Below, one piece after another: positions 50,370 to 60,334 of a stretch of 64,000 nucleotides of DNA (the first letter of the stretch is position 1; every line of letters begins with the position of its first letter). The notes beneath the pieces are model-generated. The model searched no databases. It was not told the DNA's origin and saw only the letters and a program-made list of their open reading frames with translations. This DNA comes from Planctomycetota bacterium (GTDB taxonomy: Bacteria > Planctomycetota > UBA1135 > UBA2386): NCBI GenBank assembly GCA_965228735.1, contig OZ245838.1, positions 608,001 to 672,000 on the forward strand. The letters run 5' to 3'. The translations under genes were made by a program, and so were the position numbers.

Positions 50370-51641
50370 TCAGGGCCTCTCTTCTCCGGCATAGGGGGCA
50401 TGCCAGGGCCGCACGTCGACGCTGCCGTCGGTGCGCACGCCGACGCGATAGCGCTGCGGCCAGTTGTGATGCTTGTAGAGGTTGGCGTGGTGGATGCCGA
50501 TCACGTGCTCGCCGGCCCCCTCGGCCAGACCGTCGCCGCTCGCCGTCAGCGTCTTGCTCGCCGGGTCGTACTCCACGTCGAGGCGTTTGCCGTCGCACGT
50601 CACCGTCATCGTGGAGGACAGGATCCGCTGCCGGTCGCTGCCCCACCAGCCGGGCAGGCCGTCGTCGAGCACGGTCGAGACGGCGATGCGCCCGCCCTGC
50701 AACTTTGCGGTCGGGGTCGTCTGGGTCGGGCGGCCGCCGTAGGCGTACTCCACAAGCCCGAGGTAGATCGCGTAGGCCTCGCGCAGGTTGTAGAGGCCGT
50801 CGCGCAGGCGCTGCTCTTCTTGCGGGTGCGAGAAGAACGACGACTCGATGAGGAACGCCGGCACGCGGGCGTGCCGCAGCACCGCGAACCCGCGGCGGTA
50901 CATCTGCTGGTCGCTCATGAGCACCGAGGTGATGCCCGTGCCGGAGTTTCGCAGCTCGGCGCCGAGGCGATGCCCGACCGCGAGCGCCGCGTCGAGCGCG
51001 ACCTCGGACCAGTCCGCCTCGCCGTGGAACCAGATGCTCGGGTAGTTGGCCGTGGGTTTGCTCGCCGCGTTGTGGTGCAGGCTGATGAACAGATCCGCGC
51101 CGACGCCGCCGTCGGGCCGTTCCGCGACGTTGGCGATCGCGGCGCGGCGCGCGTGCGTGTCCTTCAATCGGTCATCGGCCGCAGCGCTCGTCTCGCCCTC
51201 GCGCGTCAGCAGCACCTCGGCGCCGGCGTCTTGCAACAGCCGTCGCAGCAGCTTGGCAACGCGCAGGTTCATCTCCGCTTCGCGCACACCGGTGGGGCCG
51301 CGCTTGTAGCCCTCGACATCGGCTTTCCCGCCGTGGCCGGGATCGAGCACGATGACCTGGCCCGCGAGATACTTCTCCGCGGGATGGCGCGGCACGCGGA
51401 GCGGACGGCCGTGATCTTCCCAGGTATGTTCGTCCCGGGCCTCCAGCACTGCCATCGCGCGCGCGAGGTCGGCGGGCTCCCAACCGTCGGCGGTCACGTC
51501 GCGCAGGTGACTGGCGGGCTCCAGCGCCGGCGTCGGTGGGCAGGCGCACGACCCGAACAGGTGGGCGACGAGCAGAACGAGGGCGGCCGGTGTAGCGCTG
51601 CACGCTCTTGCGGCACGGGTGCGACGGCTGTCGGTTTGCAT
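50370..51641 (-). CDS. N-acetylmuramoyl-L-alanine amidase (Amidase_3)
   Basis: LDPGHGG, EAEMNL, ISLHHNA, LIES. Confidence 0.9.
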   Translation of the reverse strand: MQTDSRRTRAARACSATPAALVLLVAHLFGSCACPPTPALEPASHLRDVTADGWEPADLARAMAVLEARDEHTWEDHGRPLRVPRHPAEKYLAGQVIVLDPGHGGKADVEGYKRGPTGVREAEMNLRVAKLLRRLLQDAGAEVLLTREGETSAAADDRLKDTHARRAAIANVAERPDGGVGADLFISLHHNAASKPTANYPSIWFHGEADWSEVALDAALAVGHRLGAELRNSGTGITSVLMSDQQMYRRGFAVLRHARVPAFLIESSFFSHPQEEQRLRDGLYNLREAYAIYLGLVEYAYGGRPTQTTPTAKLQGGRIAVSTVLDDGLPGWWGSDRQRILSSTMTVTCDGKRLDVEYDPASKTLTASGDGLAEGAGEHVIGIHHANLYKHHNWPQRYRVGVRTDGSVDVRPWHAPYAGEERP

Positions 51642-51857
51642 TGCCGGTCATGCTAGTGCCATGAACCGGAAGTCACCTTGCAGTTCGCGGGCCCTTCACG
51701 CCCCTGGCTGCGTCGCGCGTCCTCGGCGTATCCACCGATACTCCTGCGGATCGCTCCTTGCCAGGAACGCGAATGACCTCGCGATCTCCAACGTGACTTC
51801 CGGTACACGGCACTAGTCCGGTTAGGGTTGGTTCGTCATGATCAACATCGGACTGCC

Positions 51858-52727
51858 ATGAAGCGGATCCTCGACTCGATCTCCGGCAACTCGCAGAAGC
51901 TCGACGGCGGCGCGATGTTCGGCAATGCGCCGCGCGCCATGTGGCAGGCGTGGGCGCCGCCGGACGAGCACAACCGCATCGACCTCGCGTGTCGGGCGCT
52001 GCTGATCCGCGAGGAGGGCGGCCGCACGATCCTCTGCGAGGCGGGCATCGGCGCGTTCTTCGAGCCGGCGCTGCGCGAACGGTTCGGGGTGCAGGAGGCG
52101 GAGCACGTGTTGCTCGACAACCTGGCCGCGCGTGGCATCCAGCCCGACGACATCGACATCGTGGTGCTCAGCCACCTGCACTTCGATCACGCCGGCGGGG
52201 TCCTGACGGCATGGCGCGAAGGGCAGGAGCCGGAGCTGGCGTTCCGAAACGCGGCGTACGTGGTCGGGAGAGCGGCGTTCGAACGCGCGCAGCGGCCGCA
52301 TCCGCGCGATCGCGCGAGCTTCATCCCGGAGCTGCCGGGGCTGCTCGAAGCGACCGGCCGGCTCGAGCTGGTCGACGGCGAGACCAGCACCACGCTCGGG
52401 GCCGGTTACCGCTTCCATCCGAGCGACGGCCACACCCCTGGCATGCTGCTGCTCGAGGTGGCGTGCGACGGCGGTCCGGTCGTGTTCGCCGCGGACCTGG
52501 TCCCCGGCATTCCGTGGGTCCGGCGGGCGATCACGATGGGCTACGACCGCTATCCGGAGCGGTTGATCGACGAGAAGATCGCGTTGCTCGAGGATCTCGA
52601 GTCCCGCGGTGGGCGACTGTTCTTCACCCACGACACGAGTTGCGCGCTGGCGGCAGTCACGCGCGACGGCAAGGGGCGGATCGTGACGGGTGAGTGCGTC
52701 GGCGAGCTGCGCGGCATGGAGGCGTGA
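51858..52727 (+). CDS. MBL-fold metallo-hydrolase
   Basis: [26 protein letters not shown]. Confidence 0.92.
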   Translation: MKRILDSISGNSQKLDGGAMFGNAPRAMWQAWAPPDEHNRIDLACRALLIREEGGRTILCEAGIGAFFEPALRERFGVQEAEHVLLDNLAARGIQPDDIDIVVLSHLHFDHAGGVLTAWREGQEPELAFRNAAYVVGRAAFERAQRPHPRDRASFIPELPGLLEATGRLELVDGETSTTLGAGYRFHPSDGHTPGMLLLEVACDGGPVVFAADLVPGIPWVRRAITMGYDRYPERLIDEKIALLEDLESRGGRLFFTHDTSCALAAVTRDGKGRIVTGECVGELRGMEA

Positions 52728-52741
52728 TTCGGTAGCGGTCG

Positions 52742-52855
52742 GGCCAGTCATCGAACGGCCAGTCATCGAACGGCCAGTCCTCCAACGGCCAGTCCTCCAA
52801 CGGCCAGTCCTCCAACGGCCAGTCCTCCAACGGCCGGTCCTCCAACGGCCGGTCA
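52742..52855. repeat. 15-bp tandem repeat (7 units plus partial) between convergent genes
   Basis: GGCCAGTCATCGAAC x2, GGCCAGTCCTCCAAC x4, GGCCGGTCCTCCAAC x1, partial. Confidence 0.92.
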
Positions 52856-55800
52856 GCGCGGCAGGGTCAGCTCGATCGTTGCTGGCCCGGAGCTCGCGCT
52901 GGACCCAGCCGCCGGGGTGAACACGCCGAGCACGTCGCCGTCCTTGGTGCGCACCTCGAGGCGCCCCGGTGGGGCCGGGTCGAGCGTGATCCGGCCGTTC
53001 TCGTCGGTCTGGTTCGCGGGGTGCAGCAGGGTGCGCACTTCCGGGTAATCGACGGGGTGGAGGTCCAGCCGCTCGCCGCTCGCGGTCGTGCCGTCGGGCC
53101 AGCGCACGTCGACGTGCACGACGCGGTGCTCGAACACGAAGCTCTGCTCGACGCGCTGGCCGGAGCCGAGCGTCAGGCGTTCGGCCGCGAAGAGGTAGCG
53201 CGTGCGGTCGCCCTCGCCGTCCCACGACACGAACGGCAGGTAGCGATCGGGGCGAACGACCGCTTCGAACGTCGCGTTGGGCGTCAGGGCGATGTGGAAC
53301 CGGTCGCGGTCCCCGGGATCGGCGGTGAGCACGCCGAACCGACCGCGCGTCCACGCGGCCCCGTCGACGAAGACCCGACCGCTGAGCGTCGCGGGCAGCA
53401 GCTGCGAAGCGTCCACGTCCAGCTCGCGCGTCTCGCCGGCCTGCAGTCCGGCGACCGCCGCGATCGTCACGTTCTCGCTCGTGTAGGACCCCGAGCCGAT
53501 CCGCCATTCGAGATCGATGACGAGCGACCAGTCGCCGAGCAGGGCCTCGTCGAACGCGAACGTGCCGTCGGCGTTCAGCCGGGTGCGGCCGCCGCGCTCA
53601 CCGTTCGGGCCGACGAGGCGCAGCTGCGGGCAGGACAAACCGAGGTCGCTGTCCTCGGGTCGCACGATCGCGTGCATGGCAAGGTCGGCCGCGGACGGCC
53701 CGATGCCGGCGAGCAGCTCCGGCGGTCCGATCGTGCCGCGCACGACGGCGGTCGCCGGCAGTTCGAGTTCGACCGTGCGTCCCTCGGCCGGAACGACGCC
53801 GAGCTCGCGCCGTTCGCCCATCGCACCGCCGCCGCCCAGGACGAGCACGAGCCGCGGTTCGTCGACGGGCGCGCGCAGCACGCACCGCCCCTCGTCGTCC
53901 GTGCGCACCTCCTGCAGTCCGACGGCCATCTTGCGACCGGCGCCGATGCCCATGCGCAGCTCCTCGACCGAGAACAGCGAGGACCAGCTCTTGCTCGCCA
54001 TGAGGTGCACGAGTCGCACCTTCTTGCCGGCCACCGGTTCGCCGCGGCTGTCGCGGAGGATCACCTCGAGCGGCGCGTGCGGCGCGAGCTCCACTCGCAC
54101 CGGCTCGCTGCCGGTCTCCTCGACCTCGAACGCGATCATGTACGCCGTCGCGAGGTCGCCGCTCTCGGGGTGCACGCTCAGGCGGTAGCGGCCGACGGGC
54201 AGCTGCTCGAGCACGGTGCGACCCGCCGTGTGCGTCTCGGGGTCGGCCGGCCAGTAGAAGCGTTCGGGCGGGATCGCGAAGCTGTCCTCGTCGGCCCAGT
54301 AGTCGTGCAGGTATCGCAGTCCGAAGCGTTCGACGGGCTTGCCGGTGCGCGCGTCGACGACCTCTACGGCTACGTCGAACGTCGGTCGGCGCTCGACGCG
54401 CACGATCACGTTCTCGTCATCGAGCGGATACTCCCGCTCGGGGTCGGCGAGGCGGTAGCGTCGTTCGGTGCGCGCCAGCACGAGCTTCTCGTCGCCGTTC
54501 GCATACTCCGGCACGAGCTCGAACCGACCGTCCGGGCCGGTGACGCCCTTGCCGAGCGACGGCATGTCCGCGTGGAGCTGGAGCGCGAGACCGGCCGGCA
54601 CGGGGTTGCCGCTGATGTCGACGACGCGACCGCGAACGCTCGGCGTGCCCGTGGCGGTCGCCGGCGCGACGACGATTTCGTGTTCTCCCGTCAGTCCGGC
54701 GTCGAGCGTGAGGGCGCTGCCGGCGACGACCTGCCACGGGCTCGAGCCGCGCACGACCGAGAACTCGTAGGTGCCCGGGATCGGCAGCATCTCGGCGGCG
54801 AGGCGGCCGTCGGAGCCGCTCGTTCGTTCGTACGCGATCCAAGTCGAGAACATCGAGTCCGGCAGCTCCACGCCGCCCGAGGTGCGGCTGGCGTAGATCT
54901 CGACACCCGCGACGGGCATGCCGCGTTCGTCGACCACACGGGCGCGCAACTCGGCGCCGCGCAGCAGCGGCACGTCGCCGATGTCGATGTCGATGCCGTT
55001 TCGCACCGACGTCCACTCGGTGTCGACCGGCGTGTGTCCGGGGGCGATCGCCTCGAGGTAGACCCGCATCTTGGGCGACGGCGTCCAGGTCGCGGCGAAG
55101 CTGCCGTCAGGTGCCGCGTTGAACACGATCGGCTCGGGATAGCTGCGGAACGTCGGGTCGGACGTGACGAAGCGGCCGCGACCGAACGACAGAGTGACGA
55201 GGCCACCCGTGATCGGCGCGCCGTCGAAGGCGCTGACGATACGGCCGCGAATCGTGCTCGCGGCCTCGGCTGCCGGGCGCGGCTCGCCCTGGTCGGCCGC
55301 GACGCGCGTCTCGGGAGTCGGATTGGTGCGGGTGTCGTTCGGCCCGTCGACGTTCGCGGAGCTCGCCGCGACCTCGGTGGCGCCGGCAGCGTTCGCCGGC
55401 GGGGCGATGGACTGTCCGAACCCCGTGCTCACGGCCAGCACGAGCGCGGCGGCCGCGAGTCCGCCCAACGCCAGGAACGCGTGGCGCGTCGAGCTGCCGG
55501 TCTTCGCGAGGTTGCCGGTCGCGGAGGGCGTGGGCGGAACCGCATCGCCAGCGGACCCCGAGGTCGAGGCCGAATCGCGACCGGCCTCGCGGAGCACCGC
55601 AGCGCGCACGGCCGCGATCCCCGCGCCCGGCAGCAGCAGCGTCGCGAGCGCGCCGGCCAACCCCGCGGGCAGCAGCTGGCGCATGCGTTCGAGGCCGCGC
55701 TTGAGCTGGCCACGAACGGTCGCCGGCGGCCGACCGAGCGCGTGCGCGATCTCGGTGGGCTCGAGCCCGTGCACGATCCGCAGCACGAGCGCTTCGCGGA

Positions 55801-56209
55801 ACGGCGACGTGAGCGCCGCGAGCGCCTGCTCCACGCGCTCGAGCAGTTCGTCGGTCGCCGCCGCCTCGCTCGGGTCAGCGCCGAGTGCGGTGGCCGTCTC
55901 GACCAACTCGGCAGGCGCGGTCGGTCGGCGGTGCCGCAGGCGGCGCGCGAGGTCGACCGCGCGATGGCGCATGATGGTGGACAGCCACGGCAGGAGCGGC
56001 CGACCGCTCTGCCACTGCTCCGCGCGCTGCATTGCCTGCAGGAACGTCTCCTGGACCAGGTCCTCCGCCGCCGCCGGATCCGGCGTGACGTGTGCAGCTA
56101 CCAGGAGCAGGCGCGGGGCGACGCGGTCGAAGACCGCCGCGAGCGCCGCGTGGTCTGCGGCGGCGCGGAAACGTTCGAACAGGTCCTCGATACTCGGTTC
56201 GGTCAACAT
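52853..56209 (-). CDS. ECF sigma factor fused via TM to repeated carboxypeptidase-regulatory-like domains
   Basis: AEDLVQETF, PWLSTI, EIAHALGRPPATVRGQL; repeats of GRVVD...G.P. Confidence 0.85.
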   Translation of the reverse strand: MLTEPSIEDLFERFRAAADHAALAAVFDRVAPRLLLVAAHVTPDPAAAEDLVQETFLQAMQRAEQWQSGRPLLPWLSTIMRHRAVDLARRLRHRRPTAPAELVETATALGADPSEAAATDELLERVEQALAALTSPFREALVLRIVHGLEPTEIAHALGRPPATVRGQLKRGLERMRQLLPAGLAGALATLLLPGAGIAAVRAAVLREAGRDSASTSGSAGDAVPPTPSATGNLAKTGSSTRHAFLALGGLAAAALVLAVSTGFGQSIAPPANAAGATEVAASSANVDGPNDTRTNPTPETRVAADQGEPRPAAEAASTIRGRIVSAFDGAPITGGLVTLSFGRGRFVTSDPTFRSYPEPIVFNAAPDGSFAATWTPSPKMRVYLEAIAPGHTPVDTEWTSVRNGIDIDIGDVPLLRGAELRARVVDERGMPVAGVEIYASRTSGGVELPDSMFSTWIAYERTSGSDGRLAAEMLPIPGTYEFSVVRGSSPWQVVAGSALTLDAGLTGEHEIVVAPATATGTPSVRGRVVDISGNPVPAGLALQLHADMPSLGKGVTGPDGRFELVPEYANGDEKLVLARTERRYRLADPEREYPLDDENVIVRVERRPTFDVAVEVVDARTGKPVERFGLRYLHDYWADEDSFAIPPERFYWPADPETHTAGRTVLEQLPVGRYRLSVHPESGDLATAYMIAFEVEETGSEPVRVELAPHAPLEVILRDSRGEPVAGKKVRLVHLMASKSWSSLFSVEELRMGIGAGRKMAVGLQEVRTDDEGRCVLRAPVDEPRLVLVLGGGGAMGERRELGVVPAEGRTVELELPATAVVRGTIGPPELLAGIGPSAADLAMHAIVRPEDSDLGLSCPQLRLVGPNGERGGRTRLNADGTFAFDEALLGDWSLVIDLEWRIGSGSYTSENVTIAAVAGLQAGETRELDVDASQLLPATLSGRVFVDGAAWTRGRFGVLTADPGDRDRFHIALTPNATFEAVVRPDRYLPFVSWDGEGDRTRYLFAAERLTLGSGQRVEQSFVFEHRVVHVDVRWPDGTTASGERLDLHPVDYPEVRTLLHPANQTDENGRITLDPAPPGRLEVRTKDGDVLGVFTPAAGSSASSGPATIELTLPR

Positions 56210-56470
56210 TTGGGGGCGATGCGCACGAGGGGCGCCGGGCGTTTCCGAGTTTATCGCGATCGGCCGCGGGCGAGCCACGACGACGGCCTCGGCGACGACG
56301 AGCCGGCGCTCGCGCCCGGTCCTGCGCACCCGTCGGCGCGACGTTCACGGTGTTGCCGATCCTGCTCGGGTGCTGTCGGCCGAGCGTGGTGAACCGGCAA
56401 TGACGTCGGCGTGACGGTGCCCGAAACGTCGGTCTTTCGCCGGCCGAAGATGCACCTCATACTCCCGTCG

Positions 56471-57385
56471 ATGACCGAGGAACGGACGCGCGGTGGTGGC
56501 CGCGGGATCTTGCTGTGGGTGATTGCCGTCGTGCTGATGGCCGGCGCATACTCCTACCAGAAGCGCACCGGGCCGACCCATCCGATGAAGGGGTCGCTGC
56601 GCGTCGGTGACGACGAGGTTCGCTACGAGCTGCTGCGCAGCCACGAGACGACCCACGGGGCGCCGATCACCGTGCCGAGCCCGAACGGCAAGGTCACGGG
56701 GACTCTGCACTGGAAGAACTACCCGACCGAGGACGCGTTCGCGGCGCTGCCGATGAACGTGACCGAAGAGGAAGGCGCGTCCGTGCTCCAGGCGTCGCTG
56801 CCGAAGCGTCCCGCCGCCGGCAAGATCGAGTACTACCTCGAGCTCTCGACTCCGGCCGGTGCGGTGCGCATCCCCGAGGCCGGCGGCGAGAACGAGATCC
56901 TGCTCCGCTACAAGGACCCCGTTCCCGGCTCGATCCTGTGGCCGCACATCGTCGCGATGTTCTTCACGATGTTGATCGGCATGCGCGCCGGGCTGTCCGC
57001 GCTCTTCCAGCCGGCCACGGTGAGGCGCTACTCCTGGGCGACGCTCGTCATCATGACGACGGGTGGTCTCGTCCTCGGGCCGATCGTGCAGAAGTACGCG
57101 TTCGGGGCCTATTGGACGGGCTTTCCCTGGGGCTACGACCTGACCGACAACAAGCTGCTCATCATGTGGGCCGTGTGGCTGGTCGCTTGCATTTGGATGG
57201 GCGGCAAGCCGAGCGCGGATGGCAAGCAGTCGAGTGGCCTCGGGCGCGTCGGTGTCGTTCTCGCGAGCGTGGTGATGGTCGCCGTCTATCTGATTCCGCA
57301 CAGCATGCAGGGCAGCGAACTCGACTACGAGAAGCTCGAGCAGGGCGTGGATCCGAAGCACGCGATCGGGACCGGCGAGAAGTAG
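56471..57385 (+). CDS. Membrane protein, hypothetical
   Basis: Multiple TM segments; QKYAFGAYWTGFPWGYDLTDNK. Confidence 0.7.
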   Translation: MTEERTRGGGRGILLWVIAVVLMAGAYSYQKRTGPTHPMKGSLRVGDDEVRYELLRSHETTHGAPITVPSPNGKVTGTLHWKNYPTEDAFAALPMNVTEEEGASVLQASLPKRPAAGKIEYYLELSTPAGAVRIPEAGGENEILLRYKDPVPGSILWPHIVAMFFTMLIGMRAGLSALFQPATVRRYSWATLVIMTTGGLVLGPIVQKYAFGAYWTGFPWGYDLTDNKLLIMWAVWLVACIWMGGKPSADGKQSSGLGRVGVVLASVVMVAVYLIPHSMQGSELDYEKLEQGVDPKHAIGTGEK

Positions 57386-57394
57386 GACGCGGCC

Positions 57395-57865
57395 GTGAAC
57401 GGCGCGCAGCTCCACCTCCTCACGGTCCATCTGCCGGTCGTCGGCATTCTCGCCGCGCTGATCCTGATGGCCGTGGCGCTGGTTCGCGACTCGGAGGCGA
57501 TGGTGCGAACGGCGATCGGCTTCGTGGTGTTCGGGACGGTGCTCGCCGCGCCCGCCTACTTCAGCGGGCCCGACGCGTTGGCGGTCGTGCGGCGCTTCAC
57601 CGAGATCGATGAACACCTGGTGGAGCAACACGCGATCGTCGCGAAGGCCGCGTTCTTCGCGTCGGTCGTGGTCGCCGCCATCGGCGTCAAGATCTGGCGG
57701 GATTCGATCGCCGCGGCCACCGGCAAGGGGGTGCGGGTCGGGTTGCTGTGCGCGCTGCTCGCGATCGCCTGGCTCATGGCGTGGACGGCCCACCTCGGCG
57801 GCGTCATCCGGCATCCCGAGATCCGCGAGCCGAGCACGTGGGTCTTTCCCGAGCTGCCGCGCTGA
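57395..57865 (+). CDS. DUF2231-like 4-TM protein
   Basis: HLLTVHLP...YFSG...HLGGVIRHPE. Confidence 0.65.
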   Translation: MNGAQLHLLTVHLPVVGILAALILMAVALVRDSEAMVRTAIGFVVFGTVLAAPAYFSGPDALAVVRRFTEIDEHLVEQHAIVAKAAFFASVVVAAIGVKIWRDSIAAATGKGVRVGLLCALLAIAWLMAWTAHLGGVIRHPEIREPSTWVFPELPR

Positions 57866-57920
57866 GGCGGCGCCGCTGTCGGTCGTGGGTTCGGTCACCC
57901 AGGGCCGGGGGCTCGTCCGG

Positions 57921-58220
57921 CTACTTGTGCGAGTGGTCGCCGTCGCCCTTGTGGAACCTTAGCGTGTCGCTGCCGGCGGACAACGTGAGGTGATCGCCGT
58001 CGACCTTGCCCGTCCAGGAGTCGCCCTTGCCGTGGCCGTTCAGTTCGCACTCGACGGTGACTTTGCCGGTCGACTCGTCGACGGAGTAGGTGCCGCTGAG
58101 GTGGTCGTGGCCGCCGGTCTCGTCGGGCGCGGTATGCACGAGCAGCTCGTCGCTGTCCGACGAGAAGTCGAGCGTCATGCCCTTCGCTTCCGAGCCGGTC
58201 TCCTGGGACCAGCTGCCGGG
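57921..58220 (-). pseudogene. 5'-truncated secreted/lipoprotein-like gene
   Basis: Protein-like from GSWSQETGSEAKGMTLDF to HSHK; upstream frame lacks a start or signal peptide and hits a stop. Confidence 0.5.
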
Positions 58221-58228
58221 TCGCGCGG

Positions 58229-58356
58229 GTGGACGGCGACGAAGCGGTCGTGACGGCCACCATCCGCTCGCGGGTCAGCGCCTGACGTTCCAGGTGCAGG
58301 TGCTCGACGTGCGCGAAGCGCCGGCGCAGAAGCAGCCGGCGAGCGACTCCGGTTGA
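58229..58356 (+). pseudogene. slyD: C-terminal fragment of an SlyD-like FKBP PPIase
   Basis: VDGDEAVV/(frameshift)DGHHPLAGQRLTFQVQVLDVREA. Confidence 0.65.
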
Positions 58357-58413
58357 TGCAGCGGCTGTTGATCTCGACCGGTCTGGTCGAGAATCGTTCG
58401 TTGCAGGCCGGCG

Positions 58414-59589
58414 CTACTCGCTCGCGCCCGCCTTCTTCTTGCCGCGGCCGCGGCCGCCGCGTTTGCCGCGGCGGCGGCGGCGTGGCTTGTCCGCAGCCGT
58501 GGGCTCGTCGGCGTCGCGGGCGGGGGCCGGGGTCGCCTTCTTGCGGCTGGCTTTGCGGTTGCGGCGGCTCTTCTTCTTCGCCGGCGTTCTGGGGGCTTCG
58601 TCGAGCTCGTCGAGCTCGTCGTCGAGGTCGTCGAAGTCGTCGACGTCGTCCGCGGCTCCGGCGCCCGCCTTCTTGCGTCCACGGCCGCGGCCGCCGCGGC
58701 GACGGCGGCCCTTCGGCTTGGGCTGGTCCGTCTGCGACCAGCTCACGGGCGCGACCGTCTGCAGCGCGGCCTCGCTGTTGGCGCACAGCAGTTCGAGCTC
58801 GTTCCAGAGCTCGCGTTCGCGGTTCTGACTCAGGCCGAGCTCGTCGACGATGCCTTTGCGCTGCAGGAGCGTCGCGGCGACGACGACGCCACGCTTGAGC
58901 AGCGTGTTCTGTTCCTTCTGCTGCAGACTCGCGACGGCCGTGATCGGGTGCAGGCCGAGGCGGTCGATGCGGTCGCGCAGGCTGTCGTCCGCGGGATGGT
59001 CCCAGGCCAGCAGGTTCATGCCGACGCCTTCGCCGTAGGTGATCGCGTCCTTCGTGAAGCGACCGTTCGTCACGATCCAGAACGAGCCCTTGTGCTTGGC
59101 GCGGATGTCGGACGAACGGGCATGGATGTAGAGCGCGACCTTGATGTCGACCTTGCCGCCCGACTGCGAGCGGAACTTGCACTCCGCGAAGCGCAGCTCG
59201 TCGTCGCGGCGCGCGAGGATGTCGACCTCGTGGCGGACGAAGCGGCCGTCGATGCGCACGCCGGTGCGCGCGCGGAAGCCCTCGCCCTGCCACAGGCGCG
59301 CGACGAACATCTCGAACGGGATGCCGTCCGGTCCGAGTCGCTGCACGGCGCGCTGCAGGGAGTAGCGCGCGGCGAGGTCACGGCGCTCGCGACGAAGCAG
59401 TTTGTGCGCGATCCGATAGATCTCGGTTGTCGGCATGCCGTCGCGCAGGCTGTCCTCGACGGCATCGACGATCTCGCGCATTTGGTCGCGCGTCGCGCCA
59501 CTCCGCGACAGCGACTTGCGCAGCTTGGTGGGGCGGAACGGCTCCTCGGCGCCACTGCTCTTCTTGAGCTTGAGTTCGCGACGTGTCAT
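58414..59589 (-). CDS. ATP-cone plus restriction-endonuclease-like (Mrr-type) protein
   Basis: KKSSGAEEPF...KLRKSL ATP-cone; FE...EVDILA...ECKF; low-complexity basic tail. Confidence 0.8.
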   Translation of the reverse strand: MTRRELKLKKSSGAEEPFRPTKLRKSLSRSGATRDQMREIVDAVEDSLRDGMPTTEIYRIAHKLLRRERRDLAARYSLQRAVQRLGPDGIPFEMFVARLWQGEGFRARTGVRIDGRFVRHEVDILARRDDELRFAECKFRSQSGGKVDIKVALYIHARSSDIRAKHKGSFWIVTNGRFTKDAITYGEGVGMNLLAWDHPADDSLRDRIDRLGLHPITAVASLQQKEQNTLLKRGVVVAATLLQRKGIVDELGLSQNRERELWNELELLCANSEAALQTVAPVSWSQTDQPKPKGRRRRGGRGRGRKKAGAGAADDVDDFDDLDDELDELDEAPRTPAKKKSRRNRKASRKKATPAPARDADEPTAADKPRRRRRGKRGGRGRGKKKAGASE

Positions 59590-59709
59590 TCGCGATGGTG
59601 AGTCGAGCACGGCGGGTGGCCGGCGTCACGGCAATTGTTGCGGCGGCCGTGGCGGCTGCGGCGCGCGTTCGGGGTTCGTTCGGCTGGCCGCCGCTGGGGC
59701 TCGGACCTT

Positions 59710-60243
59710 CTACCCGGCCGCCGCGACCGCCGCCGGATCGCGCGGGTCGACCTCGATCGTCGTCCACTCGAGCTCGCCGCTGCGCGCGTCCCCGCCGAAG
59801 CGCTGCGCCATCACCTCGGTCCGGTAGCGGAAGATCGACTCGACGTCGCGCCGGACCATGAGCCTCATCAAGAGGCCGGCGAGCGGGCCGCCCCTGGGGC
59901 GCATCAGCACCTCGTCGCCGAGTTGCGTGCCGCCGTCCACGGGCACGAACGTATGCGTGTGGTGCCAGAGCGCATACGGCCCGCGCAGCTGCTCGTCGAC
60001 GAACGCGCGCGGCGGATCCCAGCGGGAAATGCGGGTGCGCCAGCCCATCGGCAGCCCGCGCACGCGAATCTTGTAGTCGATGAGCGTGCCGTCGTGCATG
60101 TCGATCGGCGTGGGCGTCGCGATGGCGAAGCTCAGCCACGGTGGAGTGAGTTCACTGAGGTTCTGCGCGTCGGCGAAGAACGGGAAGACGTCCTCCGGCC
60201 GTTGCGGGATCCAGAGCTTCGAGCGCAGGCGCCAGGCGATCAT
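59710..60243 (-). CDS. SRPBCC family protein
   Basis: FFADAQNLSELTP, FVDEQLRGPYALWHHTH. Confidence 0.88.
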   Translation of the reverse strand: MIAWRLRSKLWIPQRPEDVFPFFADAQNLSELTPPWLSFAIATPTPIDMHDGTLIDYKIRVRGLPMGWRTRISRWDPPRAFVDEQLRGPYALWHHTHTFVPVDGGTQLGDEVLMRPRGGPLAGLLMRLMVRRDVESIFRYRTEVMAQRFGGDARSGELEWTTIEVDPRDPAAVAAAG

Positions 60244-60334
60244 CGCCGGGTCTTTCGAGCGCGCGGCCGCGATGGATGCAGCCTCCGGGCGGCGAGTCGT
60301 GGACTGCGGGCCCGGCGCGGGCATAGTCGCGGCC

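Noticed and set aside
52742..52855. CRISPR array
   Set aside because: Head-to-tail 15-mers with no spacers and no cas genes; the 21-bp repeats at 21.2-21.9 kb are also irregularly spaced.
38376..56392. Very long alternative-frame ORFs (38376..41027, 48981..51656, 53021..56392)
   Set aside because: Shadow ORFs of real high-GC genes, with no motifs.
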